Shown here piece after piece: positions 11,701 through 20,227 of a stretch of 64,000 bases of DNA. Source of the stretch: a virus; the IMG/VR virus record IMGVR_UViG_3300034782_000062, positions 118,771 through 182,770 of that record; one strand, given 5' to 3'. The notes beneath the pieces were generated by a model. The model did no database searches. It had not been told where the DNA came from and saw only the letters and a list, made by a program, of their open reading frames with translations. The stretch's first letter is position 1; every line of letters starts with the position of its first letter. The position numbers and the translations under genes are program-made.

Positions 11701-13102
11701 TATCGGAACGGACACGGCGATTCTTGCGGCCATCACCAAGACTGCTGCGGGTACTGTTGCAGACTGGAGGACTATAGAATCCCAAATCAACGTCACAACA
11801 GGGTCTATTACAAATGCAAGGCACCTGAGGGCATTCTCTCCCGCTGGAGCAGGTTCTATCGGAACGATTTATGGCATCTATGTCGATACCCAGAAGACGG
11901 GGCCTGCTGCGGCGGCAACGTCCTATGGCTTTTATCAGGAGGGAACCGACGACGATAACTACTTCGCTGGTCAGACAAGCTTTGGAACGACGTCTCCTCT
12001 GACTACCCGCAGGGTCTATGTCGAGGTGGATGACGGTGAGTCGTACACTCGGGGTGTCGAGGCGAGGTTTGTCAAGAATGGGGCCTCGGGCGCGCAATCC
12101 TTTACCGGCTTTGAAGCATCGGTAAGGCACACAGGTAATCAGGCTGGCTTGTCCTATTTCGGGTATTCGATGGACATCAACTTCTCGCCGAGCGCTACTC
12201 AGAACTTGACGAGGCTTGTTGGTTACGAGTCTGCTCCTGGCTCAGGAAGTAACGCGACGATCTCAGAAATCGTCGGATTCCGGGCCACCACTGACGAGCT
12301 TGATGGCGCCATTACCAACTGGTATGGGCTCGAAGTCGAGCAGCCGAATACCGTCGGAACTGGCATCACGAACGCCTACGGTGTCTACATCGAGGATCAG
12401 AGTGGAAACACTCTTTCCTATGGCATCTATCAGGCGTCGTCTAATGACGTCAATTATTTTGCCGGCAATGTGGGTATCAACCAAACAGCGCCCCCCACTG
12501 CGAATTATTTGGACATAACCGACACCGATGATTCGGCGCAGAAGCGTGGCGTCAACGTTTATCTTCCGAAGGATGGATCAAGCAATGGAAAGGTGTTCTT
12601 GGGATTCCGATCCAATATCGACCATACCGGAACGGGAAACGCGCTAGGATACTATGGCTTCCGATCGGATCTGCTTCTCAATAATGCGTCGGCGACTATT
12701 ACGTCGATGTATGGTCTCTATGCTCAGCATTTTACGACCGGCGGAACCATTACGAGTAACTACGGCCTCTGGACTGGAGCTACAGCGAGCGGTAGCGGAT
12801 CAATTACCAACTCTTACGGTGTTTATATCGACTCCATGGGGGGGGCGACTCTTAGCTTTGGTGTCTACCAGGCGAGCGCCGCGGACACCAACTACTTTGC
12901 TGGAGACATCGGAATCGGAACAACGTCTCCTGCAACGAGCGCAGGTCTTGAGATTTCATCGACAACGAGAGCGCTTCTTGTCTCCAGAATGAACACGACC
13001 CAGAGGAACGCGCTGACCGCAGCAGCCGGCATGATCATATTCAACACCACGACATCGAAGTTCCAGGGCTACGACGGGTCCGCGTGGCAGGACTTCCACT
13101 AG
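8720..13102 (+). CDS. Tail fibre protein with YadA-head-like repeats
   Basis: 1460 aa; ~14-residue N.AVG..AL repeats at ~9400-10150; C-terminal NTTQRNAL...GMIIFNTTTSKFQGYDGSAW tail typical of fibres. Confidence 0.75.
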   Translation: MSNDYVTEIVGTGTYAIPSDDTELAAATSGLDTLISGVANLTYDRVLAWVEDSGGPGGAEGVRTLNCVIEKITYLANECPSETEIDTMTAAIESALEADANITSVGRQNFSCFAATGSSQLWLQDPGGFLYPSTTTDDVAVGGAIPNGKWFDDGDLVLGGNVMSGTERLRVFGDVLVDQDGSGRGNINLPATDTALTRGVYEINGSPALRVESNALYVGNSGASGVSKARSVAVGEGALSSVVNGSEENVAVGYQALQSLTLNNGESIAVGYRAAQSVVRADQTVVIGYDAMQNASITANENVVVGARACENSSLTFNSSVIIGHSAAFTGGGPTRGVFIGHQAGYSITSNPTETVAVGYQSLYNIIGTGGLGGDYNTCVGSESGRSLTTGSYNTFIGWECGRNAATNTQSNVAVGSGAFQTVATPSRWNIAIGNNSLGNTGGSAVEGNVSIGHSAGSTATAGYCVYLGYNAGQANATNNRLFIENSSDLNNPLIYGEFDGGGYLRVGGGMTIGNPKSAAPTGESVDAVYLDDGTNTTSGNPGWRYLVSTGPDVWADVGGGGGGSSPWTSAAGVIYPATITDDVAIGSSTLSGAANEHLFIKDTVESGLSTGAYILFEKNAADVKGAWNGVYVQIDHTGNSGLATGGYTSFWSDVNWSPAQTLNSNKGFLSQLDVANASGVVSDHKAFQAASPTGSGTITTSYGLFIDSMNGSTNSYGVYQSGTSDQNVFRGDTVVGALTMSGTELLRVAGNLRVDNDAVFVEQSDHSTTPAAGIGLLWVRNDSPNVLVFTDDAGTDTVLGAAGSSPWTSAAGVIYPSTLTDTVAVNSTSMLSSEKVFVKDDTEGGSSEGLIVQLEKDAATAKTNWTGVEVDTLLTGSSTTIVSPTSFLSDINLNVGTASVTGVATGYRTQLNVAGSASVASYMAFRSESPTVFGTLTNSYGLYIESMNGGTNSYGVFQQGSGDINYFAGNTAIGITTPTSSDILLVNNGVASGIGTDTAILAAITKTAAGTVADWRTIESQINVTTGSITNARHLRAFSPAGAGSIGTIYGIYVDTQKTGPAAAATSYGFYQEGTDDDNYFAGQTSFGTTSPLTTRRVYVEVDDGESYTRGVEARFVKNGASGAQSFTGFEASVRHTGNQAGLSYFGYSMDINFSPSATQNLTRLVGYESAPGSGSNATISEIVGFRATTDELDGAITNWYGLEVEQPNTVGTGITNAYGVYIEDQSGNTLSYGIYQASSNDVNYFAGNVGINQTAPPTANYLDITDTDDSAQKRGVNVYLPKDGSSNGKVFLGFRSNIDHTGTGNALGYYGFRSDLLLNNASATITSMYGLYAQHFTTGGTITSNYGLWTGATASGSGSITNSYGVYIDSMGGATLSFGVYQASAADTNYFAGDIGIGTTSPATSAGLEISSTTRALLVSRMNTTQRNALTAAAGMIIFNTTTSKFQGYDGSAWQDFH
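11980..12420 (+). repeat. 441-bp direct repeat, copy 2 (in fibre gene 8720-13102)
   Basis: Appears identical to 7113-7553. Confidence 0.9.
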
Positions 13103-13122
13103 AAACAGGACAGGGGATAAAA

Positions 13123-13347
13123 ATGGCAACGAACGTTTCGATTTGGAGATCGGAGTACTCTGGAAAACAGTTTTCCTCAGAGGAAGAGGCTAACGCCCAT
13201 GACGAACGAGTCCTCGATGTCATGGTCGCGTGGCTGAGAGAGAACATGGAAGCAGGCTGGCTGAACGAAGGTCAGCTCAGGGAAATCGCCGGCAGGTTCG
13301 CCGGCAAGATGACAGAGCTTCGAAAATTGATGTCCAAGGTCGATTAG
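13123..13347 (+). CDS. Hypothetical protein
   Basis: ATG after GGGGA RBS, 74 aa, converges on the leftward operon. Confidence 0.6.
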   Translation: MATNVSIWRSEYSGKQFSSEEEANAHDERVLDVMVAWLRENMEAGWLNEGQLREIAGRFAGKMTELRKLMSKVD

Positions 13348-14666
13348 GGTCGCACATCGTAGTTGTGCCCGGCCGGGGCTTCGCCGAGATGCGCTCCTCG
13401 AATGAATGGCGCTATCCACTTCAGCTTTCGCAAAGAACGTTTCGGGCCGTAGGGCTGGTTTCTCCAGTGCCCGCGGGTGATCGAAGGCCTTGTTAGCTTT
13501 CGTCCTGAGGACGATGGCCTTTCTCCGCTGGGGGCCGCTGGCGCCTCAGGGTTGATGACAATGTTCGTCCCCAGAAGCCAGTGAGGCACATGTTTCAGAT
13601 CCCGTATCGTCTTGAGGATGCGGTTTCGTGCTATTGCTCCGCCCTTCTTCTTCTTACGAGCCCGCTTTTCGAGACCATCGATCTGGTCTTGGTGGATGTG
13701 ACGCTTGTGGGCACCCGATGAGTTGATGTAGAGGATGGTGTTTGTTGCAATCCTCAGGATAGCGCGCTTGAATTCTCGGCCATATATCGTATCGCCAAAG
13801 ATGGTGCCGTAGGCTGTGATTCTTGGATCGTCCTGTGGCGCCTTGCCATCTCGAACCCTTTTGGAACTTCGAGAAAATATTTCAGCGGCTTGATCTCGTG
13901 TCATGGGCATGTGGACGTTGAGTCTGCCGTCTTGGGCCATCTCCCGGCCGATGTCACTCGCGTGCTCGACAAAGTCAATGACCTCGTCGAGCGGCTGGTC
14001 AGGGTTGAACATTGGGAGCCAGACGTCCATGACATGGTCGTCGCCGAGGTTGATGCTCTTCTCATTGGGCTCACAGAAAACGCCGACGAGAAGAGCATCT
14101 TTCCACATGGGCTCGGTGCCTTCAGCGATCGCCATGTAGCGCGCCTCGTGCAAACCTGTGACCTCATCGTTGCAGTAAACGGCCCCCTGGGGAAGCTCGA
14201 TGAAGAACGCAGGAAAGGGCATTTTTATGTGCTCGACGAAGGTGTTCTTGAGGTCGGTGTTGTGGAGCCCCCAGAGCAGCCCCTCAGAAAGCGTGAACCA
14301 CGAAGGGGTTGCTGACTGTTCGATGGTTTTGAGGTGCGTGTAGGATGTCACGCAGGTTGCTCGTGTGGAGTCGTGTTCATTCGCGGCTGGGATCGGTCTG
14401 AAGGGAAGGATGCTGAAGCCGTCATTCTCGAATTCGTCGAAGATGGCTTTGAAGGGCTCAAGGTATTGAAATTCGCTCCACCATCTTAGCTCTTCGAGGG
14501 GCATCCCGACGGTCAGGGCTTGATGAAGAGCGAGCTGCGCATCACATTGTTGCCTGAAGCACTCTTTGCCTTCGATCCGTCGCTGGTCGCCCTCGTTGTA
14601 GCGCCGTTGATGCTCCTCGATGAGCTTCATCCGTAGCTTGTGCTGGTCTCCCGTGAGCCGTCGCAT
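13344..14666 (-). CDS. Hypothetical phage protein with C-terminal RGHWR...WI motif
   Basis: 440 aa with good codon usage; preceded by a sigma70-like promoter. Confidence 0.75.
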   Translation of the reverse strand: MRRLTGDQHKLRMKLIEEHQRRYNEGDQRRIEGKECFRQQCDAQLALHQALTVGMPLEELRWWSEFQYLEPFKAIFDEFENDGFSILPFRPIPAANEHDSTRATCVTSYTHLKTIEQSATPSWFTLSEGLLWGLHNTDLKNTFVEHIKMPFPAFFIELPQGAVYCNDEVTGLHEARYMAIAEGTEPMWKDALLVGVFCEPNEKSINLGDDHVMDVWLPMFNPDQPLDEVIDFVEHASDIGREMAQDGRLNVHMPMTRDQAAEIFSRSSKRVRDGKAPQDDPRITAYGTIFGDTIYGREFKRAILRIATNTILYINSSGAHKRHIHQDQIDGLEKRARKKKKGGAIARNRILKTIRDLKHVPHWLLGTNIVINPEAPAAPSGERPSSSGRKLTRPSITRGHWRNQPYGPKRSLRKLKWIAPFIRGAHLGEAPAGHNYDVRP

Positions 14667-14672
14667 GTAGGT

Positions 14673-14701
14673 AGCATATGCAACGTGTGGATGGTTGTCA
14701 A
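14673..14701 (-). promoter_or_regulatory. sigma70-like promoter TTGACA-17-TATGCT overlapping a palindromic motif
   Basis: Minus strand reads ttgaca-accatccacacgttgca-tatgct directly upstream of the ATG at 14666. Confidence 0.6.
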
Positions 14702-14709
14702 CTGTTCAA

Positions 14710-15168
14710 TCAGGTAAGGCCGCGAGGTCGTGGACGACGACCTCGGGCGCCAGGCCCGGCGCGTTGTAGGCGCTCGCTGTCGTAATAGATTCGGATGCCA
14801 GTGACGGCTTCGACCTTGTGGTCGCAATCCTGCTCGTAGTCGCGTCCACCCTGGTCGACAACTCCAGTTATCGCCTTTTCGTAGTTCTGGAGCAGGTGAC
14901 CGAACTCGTGGTAAAGGATGCCGCGTATTCTGGTGATGGGCTCATCGGCGAGATCCGGGCATAGGTAGATAATCGCCGGCCGAAAACCCTCTTGAGCTGC
15001 GAAGTGACGAGGTTTTGTCGCGAAGAAGCAGGTCATCCTGATCGAGATCGGCGGAAGCGGCAACCCGAGCCCTTCTTGAACCTCCTCGGAGATGACTCGA
15101 AGCTCTCGGCCGAGGATCGGCGGAACCTTGTCTGGGTGAGGAGACTTGAGCCTGACGGGCGGCAACAT
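14710..15168 (-). CDS. Putative zinc metalloprotease-like protein
   Basis: HEFGH (HExxH) motif; start uncertain. Confidence 0.5.
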   Translation of the reverse strand: MLPPVRLKSPHPDKVPPILGRELRVISEEVQEGLGLPLPPISIRMTCFFATKPRHFAAQEGFRPAIIYLCPDLADEPITRIRGILYHEFGHLLQNYEKAITGVVDQGGRDYEQDCDHKVEAVTGIRIYYDSERLQRAGPGARGRRPRPRGLT

Positions 15169-15210
15169 GCGCCCATTTTACAACGTCTTGAGGATGGATG
15201 AAAGCTGGAG

Positions 15211-15582
15211 CTACTCGGTCGCGGGGTTTTCGGTCGTCGTAGTCTCGGTCGTCGTCTCGGTCTCGGTCTTGGTGTCCTTCGGCTTGTTCTTCGAGCCCTT
15301 GGGGCGACCGCGCCTCTTCGCGGGCTCCTGCGTCTTCGACTCGGCCTTGGACGCGGGGCGCCGCTTGCGCTTCTTGGACGCCGGGGGCGAGAGGAGGCTG
15401 CGGTTGTAGCGGACGAGTGCCTTGGCGATCTCCACCCCGTTGCCTTCCTTGGCGTCCTTGGTGATGAGGCCACCGGTCCTCTCTTTGAGCAGTGCGAAGT
15501 CGACATCGGGGTCTTCCGAGAGGAGTCGGACGAGCTGGTCGTTGACTTCGTTGATTCGCTCTTCGGCCGTTTGGGTTGTCAT
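15211..15582 (-). CDS. Small basic DNA-binding protein with AT-hook-like motif
   Basis: KRRGRPKGSKNKPK, lysine-rich; start overlaps the recombinase stop. Confidence 0.55.
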   Translation of the reverse strand: MTTQTAEERINEVNDQLVRLLSEDPDVDFALLKERTGGLITKDAKEGNGVEIAKALVRYNRSLLSPPASKKRKRRPASKAESKTQEPAKRRGRPKGSKNKPKDTKTETETTTETTTTENPATE

Positions 15583-16634
15583 GGTGTGTTCTCCTTCTTT
15601 CGGCCTCCCGGCCAATTGAGTTTTATGGAGCGGCCCGGCGACCTGCCGACCTGCTCGATTGCGCGATAATATCTGTAGGTCGTGTCGGTGCTGGAATGTC
15701 CCATCGAGGTTTGCACCTCTTGAATTGGGACACCGGCGAGTAGTGAGAGCGTCGCATATGTATGTCTGAGACTATGGGGGTGGATGTTTTTGGTTATTCC
15801 AGCTTGCCCGATTCGAGCCTTGATAATGTCGTAGACCCCATCTGGTGTCAAACGGTTTTTGGTGACCTTTTCCCGCCCATTGCGGAATTTTCTGATTCTC
15901 CTGAAGACCGGCCCTTCGGTTATATTCGCATCGACAAGCCACCTGTCAATAACGGCCCAGACCTTGGGTATAAACTCGATGGTGAGGTCTTTTCCTCGCT
16001 TGATGGTCAGTTTTACTGTTGGGGTGCCTTGAACGAAGCGAATCTTGTCGACATCGACCTGGATGACCTCGCTGCGGCGAAGGCCGTTGAAAATCATGAC
16101 GGCGAACAGCGCGAGGTCTCGCTTGCCCATGAACGAGTCGTCCTCGTAGCAAAGGGTGAGCATCGCCTCCGCCTCTTTGTCTTCAAGGCCCTCGGTATCG
16201 CTTCGGCTCGAAGTTCGCATCCTGGCGACAAGGTCTGACGACGCAGGGTTATCGTCAATGAGACCGAGCCGCATCATGCGTTTGAAAAGAGCGTTTAGGG
16301 CGGCAAGGCGCACGTTGATGGTTCGAGGGGCGTATTTCCTCTCTCTCAGTTGCTCTCGATATTCAGAGATGAGTGTGAATTTTACCTGGGGGAGAAGCGG
16401 TGTGGCGATCTTGAGAGTCTCAATATCACCCTCTGGCACTGTGGTTTCGGCTCGTTCGAGGATGTAGCGAGCGAAGTCGACCATCGCGTTTTTATAGGCG
16501 CGCTTGCTGTTGTTGCTGATGACGCCGGTGAGCGCAACATCCCAGACATCTTCGATGCCAGGGGTCGGCACTGTAAGCTTGGTCGCAGGAGTGTTGACGA
16601 CCTCAATGCTCTCATTATCGTCACGCTGGGGCAT
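15579..16634 (-). CDS. Tyrosine recombinase/integrase (XerC/D-like)
   Basis: Catalytic motifs GLRRSE, HPHSLRH, MGH and YY; N-terminal SAM-like domain (YAPRTINVRLAAL). Confidence 0.92.
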   Translation of the reverse strand: MPQRDDNESIEVVNTPATKLTVPTPGIEDVWDVALTGVISNNSKRAYKNAMVDFARYILERAETTVPEGDIETLKIATPLLPQVKFTLISEYREQLRERKYAPRTINVRLAALNALFKRMMRLGLIDDNPASSDLVARMRTSSRSDTEGLEDKEAEAMLTLCYEDDSFMGKRDLALFAVMIFNGLRRSEVIQVDVDKIRFVQGTPTVKLTIKRGKDLTIEFIPKVWAVIDRWLVDANITEGPVFRRIRKFRNGREKVTKNRLTPDGVYDIIKARIGQAGITKNIHPHSLRHTYATLSLLAGVPIQEVQTSMGHSSTDTTYRYYRAIEQVGRSPGRSIKLNWPGGRKKENTP

Positions 16635-17163
16635 CTGCGGTTACTTCAGCCGGCTCGTGGTCCTCTAGGGCTGGGGGTTCGTCCTCTTGCTCTTCCTCGG
16701 GATTATCCTGCGTCGTCTCATAGGGGGGGTCCTGGAGTAAGAATTGAAGGACAGACCCCTTATCCTTGAATGCGGCGTCGCGAATCTGTTCGAGGGTGCG
16801 AACCAGGGTGATTGACTGCTTTTTGGGGTCAGCCTGGTCGTGGGCAATCTTTCCAATTGAATCGAGCGTCTCCAGGATGAATTCACAGACCGAGCGCATG
16901 TGCCGGTTCTCGGTGATGAGCTTGTTGTTCTCGATTGATTTTTCCGTCGCCAGTTCGGCCCATTTCTCTCGCTCGGCCTCGACGGCTTGAAGCCACTCCC
17001 GCCACTGGTTAATAACGTCTGGGTCGACGCTGCTAGTGGTTGAGAGGTCAAATCGAAGTTGTGTGTTGTCTCTTTCGAGACTTTCCATGGCCTGGGCAGC
17101 GCTGATGGCGAACTTCTCCAGCTCGTCGCGCGTCATACCCTTAATGCCTACTTCATATTCCAT
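16621..17163 (-). CDS. Hypothetical coiled-coil protein
   Basis: 180 aa, coupled to neighbours, acidic tail. Confidence 0.65.
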   Translation of the reverse strand: MEYEVGIKGMTRDELEKFAISAAQAMESLERDNTQLRFDLSTTSSVDPDVINQWREWLQAVEAEREKWAELATEKSIENNKLITENRHMRSVCEFILETLDSIGKIAHDQADPKKQSITLVRTLEQIRDAAFKDKGSVLQFLLQDPPYETTQDNPEEEQEDEPPALEDHEPAEVTADAPA

Positions 17164-17975
17164 CCGCGTAGCTCCTTGATCAGGTCGAAGGCTCCGTTGA
17201 TTTCTTTGGCCTTTTTTTCATCGCCTTCGGCTTGGTTGTCTGGGTGATATTTGCGGGCGAGAACCTTGTGAGCGGCCTTGACGACCTCATCTGGTGCGTC
17301 AGGGCTGATGCCGAGTATTTTGTAGGCTTCATGTCCAGGATGCTCCCGAGGTGGATCCGGCTCGTCCTCCTCCTCGTAGCGTTGTCGTTGTTTGGTGTCT
17401 CGCTTTTTTGCTCGTTGTTTGGTGCGTTGTCGAGCTTTTTTTCTTGCGGCGGCTTTTCGCTTCTTTTTCTTCCTTTCCTCTTCTTCAAAACGCTCTTCCT
17501 GCTCTTCATCGTTGGCGATCTGCTCGCACATGCGGATCGCGCGGTCGGTGTAGTGCCTGTCCAGGTGCGGGTAATGTTTAGAAAGAAGAGCTTGAGCATT
17601 CCCGAACCAATAACAGTCGACACGCCAGCAACGATCACTCGGGTCCCAGCGGCGAGCGCTGCGTGGAATCTGGCGTTTTAAATCTTCGATGTAGTCTTCG
17701 TTGAATGGGGACCAGATCTTGAAGTGTGTTCGGTCTGTGCTCAGCTCGATGGCAATCTTACTGATACTCATGTCATCGAGTCCTATGTCTGACAGCCCAG
17801 CCTCGCCTTCGTATCGTCCATAGTTTACGAACTCCTCATCGGGGTGATGCCGAGTGCGAAGCTGGGCCGCTTGCGGCGGCGCGACACCGGGGACGGGCTG
17901 AACAAACGCGTCGGAGAGTGATTCCATGAAACGCGCAATGTTAGCGGCATGCCTGAGGAATTGGAATTTATCCAC
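17148..17975 (-). CDS. J-domain (DnaJ-like) protein with HARP-like N-terminal region
   Basis: C-terminal AYKILG...LARKYHPD...EINGAF J-domain; FNEDYIEDLK..IP..ARRWD...WRV segment. Confidence 0.8.
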   Translation of the reverse strand: MDKFQFLRHAANIARFMESLSDAFVQPVPGVAPPQAAQLRTRHHPDEEFVNYGRYEGEAGLSDIGLDDMSISKIAIELSTDRTHFKIWSPFNEDYIEDLKRQIPRSARRWDPSDRCWRVDCYWFGNAQALLSKHYPHLDRHYTDRAIRMCEQIANDEEQEERFEEEERKKKKRKAAARKKARQRTKQRAKKRDTKQRQRYEEEDEPDPPREHPGHEAYKILGISPDAPDEVVKAAHKVLARKYHPDNQAEGDEKKAKEINGAFDLIKELRGWNMK

Positions 17976-18012
17976 GGTGCACCCCCGAGATTTTTTTGTT
18001 GACCCTCAGAGG

Positions 18013-18024
18013 TAACATATGCTA
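18013..18024. promoter_or_regulatory. Palindromic motif TA(A/G)CATATGC(T/A)A in the divergent promoter region
   Basis: taacatatgcta between the leftward and rightward operons; related copies at 14672, 26348, 33803 and 47080. Confidence 0.55.
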
Positions 18025-18057
18025 CCCATGTTCACCTGGCCCCGGAGAACGAGCGAG

Positions 18058-18351
18058 ATGGGTAAGCGTCGAGGTGGTGGACGGTTGAAAGGTGCGAACG
18101 CAACGTGCTGTTCGTGCGGAAAATGGGCGGACAAAGTGTGCTCGCAGTGCGGGCGTTTGGTTTGTGAATCGTGCGCCAGGCAGTGGCCTGTGTCGCAGCG
18201 GAAAAAGGTCAAAGGTGAATTGAAGATCGTCGGCACGGCAACCATCATAACGTGCCCAGCAAACAAGTGCCAGTCAAGATTGCCGCTTCAGGTTAAGGCG
18301 GATGCCCTCGAACTGTTGAAGGTTCCAGGGGATTTCCAAGACGCCACATAA
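18058..18351 (+). CDS. Cys-rich zinc-finger protein
   Basis: CSC...CSQC...CESC...C. Confidence 0.55.
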   Translation: MGKRRGGGRLKGANATCCSCGKWADKVCSQCGRLVCESCARQWPVSQRKKVKGELKIVGTATIITCPANKCQSRLPLQVKADALELLKVPGDFQDAT

Positions 18352-18872
18352 TGGTTCCCGACGGCGTCAACCAGGTCCGCCTCATGGGTCGAATCTACGA
18401 TCGGCCTATCGCTCGCAAGGCGAAGGGGCAGCAGCTTATCAAGGCTGTCCTCGAAGTGGACGAGCCAAAATTCGAGGACGGCCAGTGGACCAAACGGACT
18501 TCCTATCACACGGTTTCGCTCTTCGGGACAATAGCCAGGGTTTTTGATAAAAAATTAGACCATGGCGTTTTTATTTACGTCGAGGGGCGCCTTCATAATT
18601 TCCCCTATAAGGATGGCGAGGGGAAACAACATCTTCGCACTGAGGTCATGGCCTCACGCATTATCATCACCCCTCATCAGGAGGAGGAGGAGCAGGCTGA
18701 GCCCGAAGAGAGGGTGGAGCCTGCAGCCGAGGCAGAGGCTCAGCCAGTTCAACAGTCTCCAGAGCCTCCAGAAGAGCTGTCTGATGAGGACTTTGAGCAC
18801 ATGAAAAAGGTTGTTCCGCTCTTTCCTGAAAAAGATGAAGAGGTCGAAGACGAAGACCTTTTGCCGTTCTGA
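18351..18872 (+). CDS. ssb: Single-stranded DNA-binding protein
   Basis: NQVRLMGR...YHTV.LFG...G..IYVEGRL OB-fold; acidic tail ending DLLPF. Confidence 0.88.
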   Translation: MVPDGVNQVRLMGRIYDRPIARKAKGQQLIKAVLEVDEPKFEDGQWTKRTSYHTVSLFGTIARVFDKKLDHGVFIYVEGRLHNFPYKDGEGKQHLRTEVMASRIIITPHQEEEEQAEPEERVEPAAEAEAQPVQQSPEPPEELSDEDFEHMKKVVPLFPEKDEEVEDEDLLPF

Positions 18873-18880
18873 GGAGAATC

Positions 18881-19354
18881 ATGTCCAAAAGAAAGAATTC
18901 AGTCGCGCTCCTTTCCGTTGGCACGACCATTTTTAATGGCGAAGGGAACAGGTGGCTGTGCTTCGCGATTGAGGTGAGACCCTCTGGAAAGGATCTTGAA
19001 AACGCGCCGCGGATGCTTCGCGACATGGGCCGCGCCATCAAGACCTTCGAGCTGATAGCGGATCTTGAAGACGAGCACGTATTCGTGCCTGGCTCGAACC
19101 ACTGCTTTGGGCCGTTCGTCTATCCGGATGGCAAGGACTTCTTCGGTTTCGTCGTCTTCCAGACGCAAGAAGAGCTGGGAGACAAGGTCCCGTCCAAGGT
19201 TCGGGCTGGACTCAACGGAGCAATTGGTGTCCTCAAGCAGAGTGAAGTCCGGTGCCGTCAGCGAATCAAGCCAATCGAGCAGCTCATGCTTCCAGGGATG
19301 GAGATGATCCCTACAATGAAGCCCGAATCGGAAGAATCGGAGAGCGAAGAATGA
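18881..19354 (+). CDS. Hypothetical protein
   Basis: GAGGAG RBS, 157 aa. Confidence 0.7.
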   Translation: MSKRKNSVALLSVGTTIFNGEGNRWLCFAIEVRPSGKDLENAPRMLRDMGRAIKTFELIADLEDEHVFVPGSNHCFGPFVYPDGKDFFGFVVFQTQEELGDKVPSKVRAGLNGAIGVLKQSEVRCRQRIKPIEQLMLPGMEMIPTMKPESEESESEE

Positions 19355-19518
19355 TGTACGAATACGAGTGCACGGACCAGAAGTGCGGGCACAGGTTCGA
19401 TTGGATAGTGGATAGTGAAGACGAAAAGGTCTCCTGCGAGAAGTGTGGCGCAGAGGCCAAGCGCGTAAAGATCGCGCTGTCCAAGCACGCCAGGCGGCAA
19501 GACTGGCGTGTGACGTGA
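19351..19518 (+). CDS. FmdB-like zinc-ribbon protein
   Basis: MYEYEC..CGHRFD......CEKCG. Confidence 0.7.
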   Translation: MMYEYECTDQKCGHRFDWIVDSEDEKVSCEKCGAEAKRVKIALSKHARRQDWRVT

Positions 19519-19628
19519 CAACCAACGAGCTGCCAGGGCTCCGGGGGCCGAACCGAGCCCCGTGCTCGGGGTCTGATGAGCGGTTCGTTACAGCATAATC
19601 CGTCCTGGGGACGGATATCGGAGGCAAG

Positions 19629-20222
19629 ATGGCGAAGGCACGCGGATCACCATCCGCCATGCAGGTGGAGGAGTTCGAGGTGACCATCGAGGGGACGTCC
19701 CCTCTCGTGTTGTTACCTTTGGGCTTCTTCAAGGACTGTCCTGACGACGAAGACGGCCAGCTCGAACGCGCGCTCGACCTGTATCGTCGCGAGGATGGCA
19801 ATCCTGGGTTCCCGGCTGGCGGGCTCAAGGACGCGATTCTGGAGGGCTGCAAGAAGCTCGACGCGGACACTCGTTACCGAGTCGCATCCGGTTTTCACAT
19901 CGTCGGGGAGAACGCCACAAATCGAGTCCTCCTCAACGGGGACTCGGAAGGAGTCGACTTCGACTTCAACTTCAAGAGACCGAAACGCACCGTAACCAGG
20001 ACGCTCCCACAACTCGACAAGTGGACTTGTGTCTTTCCGGTGCAGCTCGTGACCGGGAGCCTGGACTCGAAAGAGTTCAATGAGTTCCTCGGGGTGGCCG
20101 GAGAGAAGATCGGCATCGGACATCGCCGACCTGAGATGGGCACCTTCAAGGTCACAAACATCGTTTCCAAGAATGGAATCAACAACCGCTCAAAGCGCAA
20201 AAGCAACAACAACAAGAGGTAA
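19629..20222 (+). CDS. RAMP/Cas7-like protein A
   Basis: VTIEGTSPL beta1; GFPAGGLKDAI (resembles the IPGSSLKG motif); C-terminal glycine loop GIGHRRPEMGTFKV. Confidence 0.6.
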   Translation: MAKARGSPSAMQVEEFEVTIEGTSPLVLLPLGFFKDCPDDEDGQLERALDLYRREDGNPGFPAGGLKDAILEGCKKLDADTRYRVASGFHIVGENATNRVLLNGDSEGVDFDFNFKRPKRTVTRTLPQLDKWTCVFPVQLVTGSLDSKEFNEFLGVAGEKIGIGHRRPEMGTFKVTNIVSKNGINNRSKRKSNNNKR

Positions 20223-20227
20223 TCGAG

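Noticed and set aside
19560-19620. Hammerhead ribozyme (CTGATGAG) upstream of RAMP A
   Set aside because: No stem II-GAAA core or cleavage triplet in the correct arrangement
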